This document shows positions 61,315 through 64,000 of a stretch of DNA of 64,000 nt, piece by piece (position 1 is the stretch's first letter; the number at the start of each line of letters is the position of its first letter). The notes beneath the pieces are model-generated. The model was not told the origin of the DNA and did no database searches. It saw only the letters and a list, made by a program, of their open reading frames with translations. The translations under genes and the position numbers were made by a program. The DNA comes from the human T2T-CHM13v2.0 reference genome, Homo sapiens, in assembly GCF_009914755.1 (NCBI RefSeq), contig NC_060926.1; one strand, 5' to 3'.

Positions 61315-62117
61315 TCTCCACCTCAAGCCAGCTGGGCCTTATGATAGTCAAAATTGGTATTAATCAGCCACACCTAGCATTCCTTCACATCTGCATCCAC
61401 GCCTTTTAAAAAGCTATATTATTTATATGTTCAGGCTCCATTATCCATAACCTCAATGATGAACAAGATATCCGTAAAATAGGAGGACTATTCAAGACTT
61501 TACCCTTCACTTCCTCTTCCCTTATTATTGGCAGCCTTGCACCTACAGATATGCCTTTCCTCACAGGCTTTTACTCTAAAGACCTTATCATCGAAACCGC
61601 AAATACATCATACACCAACGCCTGAGCCCTTTCTATTACTCTTATTGCCACCTTTTTAACAGCTGTCTATAGTACCCGAATTATTTTCTTCACTCTAATA
61701 GGACAACCTCACTTCATAACTCTATTATTAATGAAAATAATCCCTTCCTAATTAACTCAATTAAGCACCTAACAATCGGCAGTATATTTGCTGGATTCCT
61801 CATGACCAACAGTATTATTCCTGCTTCATCCCCCCCAAACAACTATACCACTTCACCTAAAGCTCACAGCCCTAGGTGTAACCACCTTAGGCCTCTTACT
61901 AGCAATAGAGCTCAAGCTCATAACTAATAATCTTAAACTAAAGTACCCATTACAGATATTTAACTTCTCCAATATGCTAGGTTTTTATTCAGCCACAATT
62001 CATCGTTCAACCCCCCACTCAAGCCTATTCAGGGGTTAGGCTAAAGGTTAAAGCACAGATTTTAATTCATTAAACTTCTATTTTCTTTATCCTCTCTTTC
62101 CCCCATGATAATATAGG

Positions 62118-62535
62118 ACAGCAGTTCTCAAATGCTTTGGTCACAAGACCCCCTCACACTCTTGAAATGACCGAGGACCTCAACGGGCTTTTGTTTATGA
62201 GCTACGTCAACATTTAGCATCTTAGAAGTTAAAGCCAATAACTCTGAAAAACATTTATTCATCCATTTGAAGACTATACATCCATTACATGTTACCTTAA
62301 AAAAATTTTTAAACCTATATTTTCCAAAACAATATATTTCATCAGTAGGAGTGGCATCGTTTTACATTTTTGCAGATCCTTAAAGCCTGGCTTAACAGAA
62401 GGCTGCTGCATCCTCATAGCTGCTTCCGCCTTCGGTCTGTTGCAGTATGGTATCCTGACTGAAGAAAACCACGTGGGGTTGGGAAAGGAAGGACCTTGAG
62501 GACCCTCAGGGGTCCTTGGACCACACTGCCGAGGG
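62118..62535. mobile_element. hAT-Charlie element (MER119-like)
   Basis: cagcagttctcaaa...ggtcacaagacccc start; ggggtccttggaccacact end. Confidence 0.7.
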
Positions 62536-63639
62536 CATGGTGTGGCAGCCGACTTTAACCCATACATTCTAGAACAGAGAGAGCCATGACCAAACCAGAG
62601 GGAGAGACACCTGCAGATATCCTGGGTTGCGGGCTGGAAGAAGTATTAACAGTTGATGAAGCAGCTTGGCATTGCCTCTCTTTTCTCCTAGGGAAGGGAT
62701 AAACCACTGTCTTTTTGTGAGGCATGGTTGTGTTATGTCAGGTGGGAGCCTGATTTCTGAGGTGCGCGCATGGGAAGATGGGGGTGCATCAGATAGCCAA
62801 GGAAAGTGGTGTAGTGGACTTTTGTCATCTGAACACCCTTCCTTTTGGGAAAATCTTTTATCGAGTGAGTTCTGGCAGAGTCCTGCCCCCTCCTCCTCGA
62901 GACAAAGGAGCCAGATGCTCTCTCCTCGCATGTTCTGGAAGCTACAGAATGAACACATGCCTGAGGTTTGCCCAATCATATCCTCCCTCCTGGTACTTAA
63001 CCTTAAGCTCATGGAAGACAGCTGAGGAAGTACTCGCAGCAGCAGGGGTGCAGCTGGAGGCTCCCTTTTTGTGGGTGTCATGCTGTCAGTGGTGGTGGCT
63101 GTGGCAAGTGCTGCATCTCCAGCAAATGGTCCCTGTGGTGCAGCCCTGCCTGGGTTTCCAGCCACACAACTTCCCGGATCCCTGTGAACTTGCTGGGCTT
63201 CATCCCATCTTTCCTGCCCGGCTGAATGACCTGTATCCCAACAGCTTCCTTCACTGAGTCAGGGCCCTGGCAGGGCCAGGTGGGGATGGCCTCCCTCACC
63301 GTCTGCTGCTTCTACCTACATGGCTGGGCTCCCTGCGCCCAGGCTTCGCCTTTCCAAAGCGCCTTGCATAGCCCTCCGGAGAAACTTTGGATTCCAGCAC
63401 TTTCCTAAAACTGTCCCGTGTGGAGTACTCCGGCCTCACCACTGCTAACTGAGGGGCTGGAATGCAGGGTCTTTCTCATCTCACCTCAAATCCCCAACAG
63501 ATCCCTTCTAATGGAAACAGCTTTTAAAAATTTCAGGATATTCGTAAAGCACACGGGAAACAAATCATGGATGATCTGCCACACATTTTGCGACTCCTTG
63601 AGAACCATTTTGTAATACTGAGGTCACGGAGTGACAGCC

Positions 63640-63985
63640 CCCTGTGTGGACTGTGCTTGTTCCTTGGCCATGCACTGCCTCACCCCACAGAGGTCAGGCA
63701 TGGCCATGTGTTGTGGCCAACAGAAAGTGAGCAGGGGCTGTATTTGTGCTTGCAAGGTAGGGCTTGGCCTCCTGTGCTTCTGCCATGAGAAAGAACACGG
63801 CCCAAGGTAAGCTGCTGCTTCAACCAGGGACCCAGAATACGGGACATGTTGTGGAGCAGACGTGATCAGACCCCCAGCCTGGAGCATAACCTAGAAGCCA
63901 ACTTGTAGACTACCCAAGAATGGGAATCTAGTTGTAGACCACTGAGATTTCTGATGCTGTTTTGCAGCAAAAGCTGACTGATACA
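63640..63985 (+). mobile_element. MLT1-type MaLR LTR
   Basis: ggccatgtg...tggccaacagaaagtgagc; ends gcagcaaaagctgactgataca. Confidence 0.75.
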
Positions 63986-64000
63986 TCACAGGAGAAATAG

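Noticed and set aside
61025-61351. ORFs spanning the GC cassette
   Set aside because: By-products of a stop-poor GC-rich insert fused to ND5 frames.
62569-63165. 198-aa minus-strand ORF
   Set aside because: No recognisable domain or splice context; ORFs of this size arise by chance in GC-rich DNA. Would need Ribo-seq or conservation support.

Overview
Primate (very probably human) nuclear DNA, not microbial. 1-24 kb: the last five coding exons of a + strand gene whose spliced translation ends ...AEEAVLKQKCLLTTEL*, which I recognise as EPB41L5, followed by a ~4.2 kb 3'UTR with AATAAA at 23860. 24-55.6 kb: intergenic DNA dominated by nested L1, Alu, MaLR and MER elements, including a Y1 RNA pseudogene. 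55.6-62.0 kb: an old NUMT (tRNA-Lys, ATP8, ATP6, COX3, ND3, ND4L, ND4, ND5 with the intervening tRNAs) interrupted by two Alus and a ~200 bp non-mitochondrial CpG-rich cassette. The most interesting observations are: (1) that cassette carries a set of housekeeping-promoter motifs, and the neighbouring AluY keeps almost all its CpGs, suggesting an unmethylated regulatory island inside a NUMT; (2) the NUMT keeps an intact 99-codon alternative-frame ND4 ORF colinear with MTALTND4, and an open ND4L ORF; (3) a ~400 bp apparent gene-conversion tract between two L1s 4.86 kb apart; (4) a locally templated insertion inside an Alu. Repeat subfamily names and boundaries come from pattern recognition and are approximate. 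Comparisons with consensus or mtDNA sequences are from memory; no searches were run.
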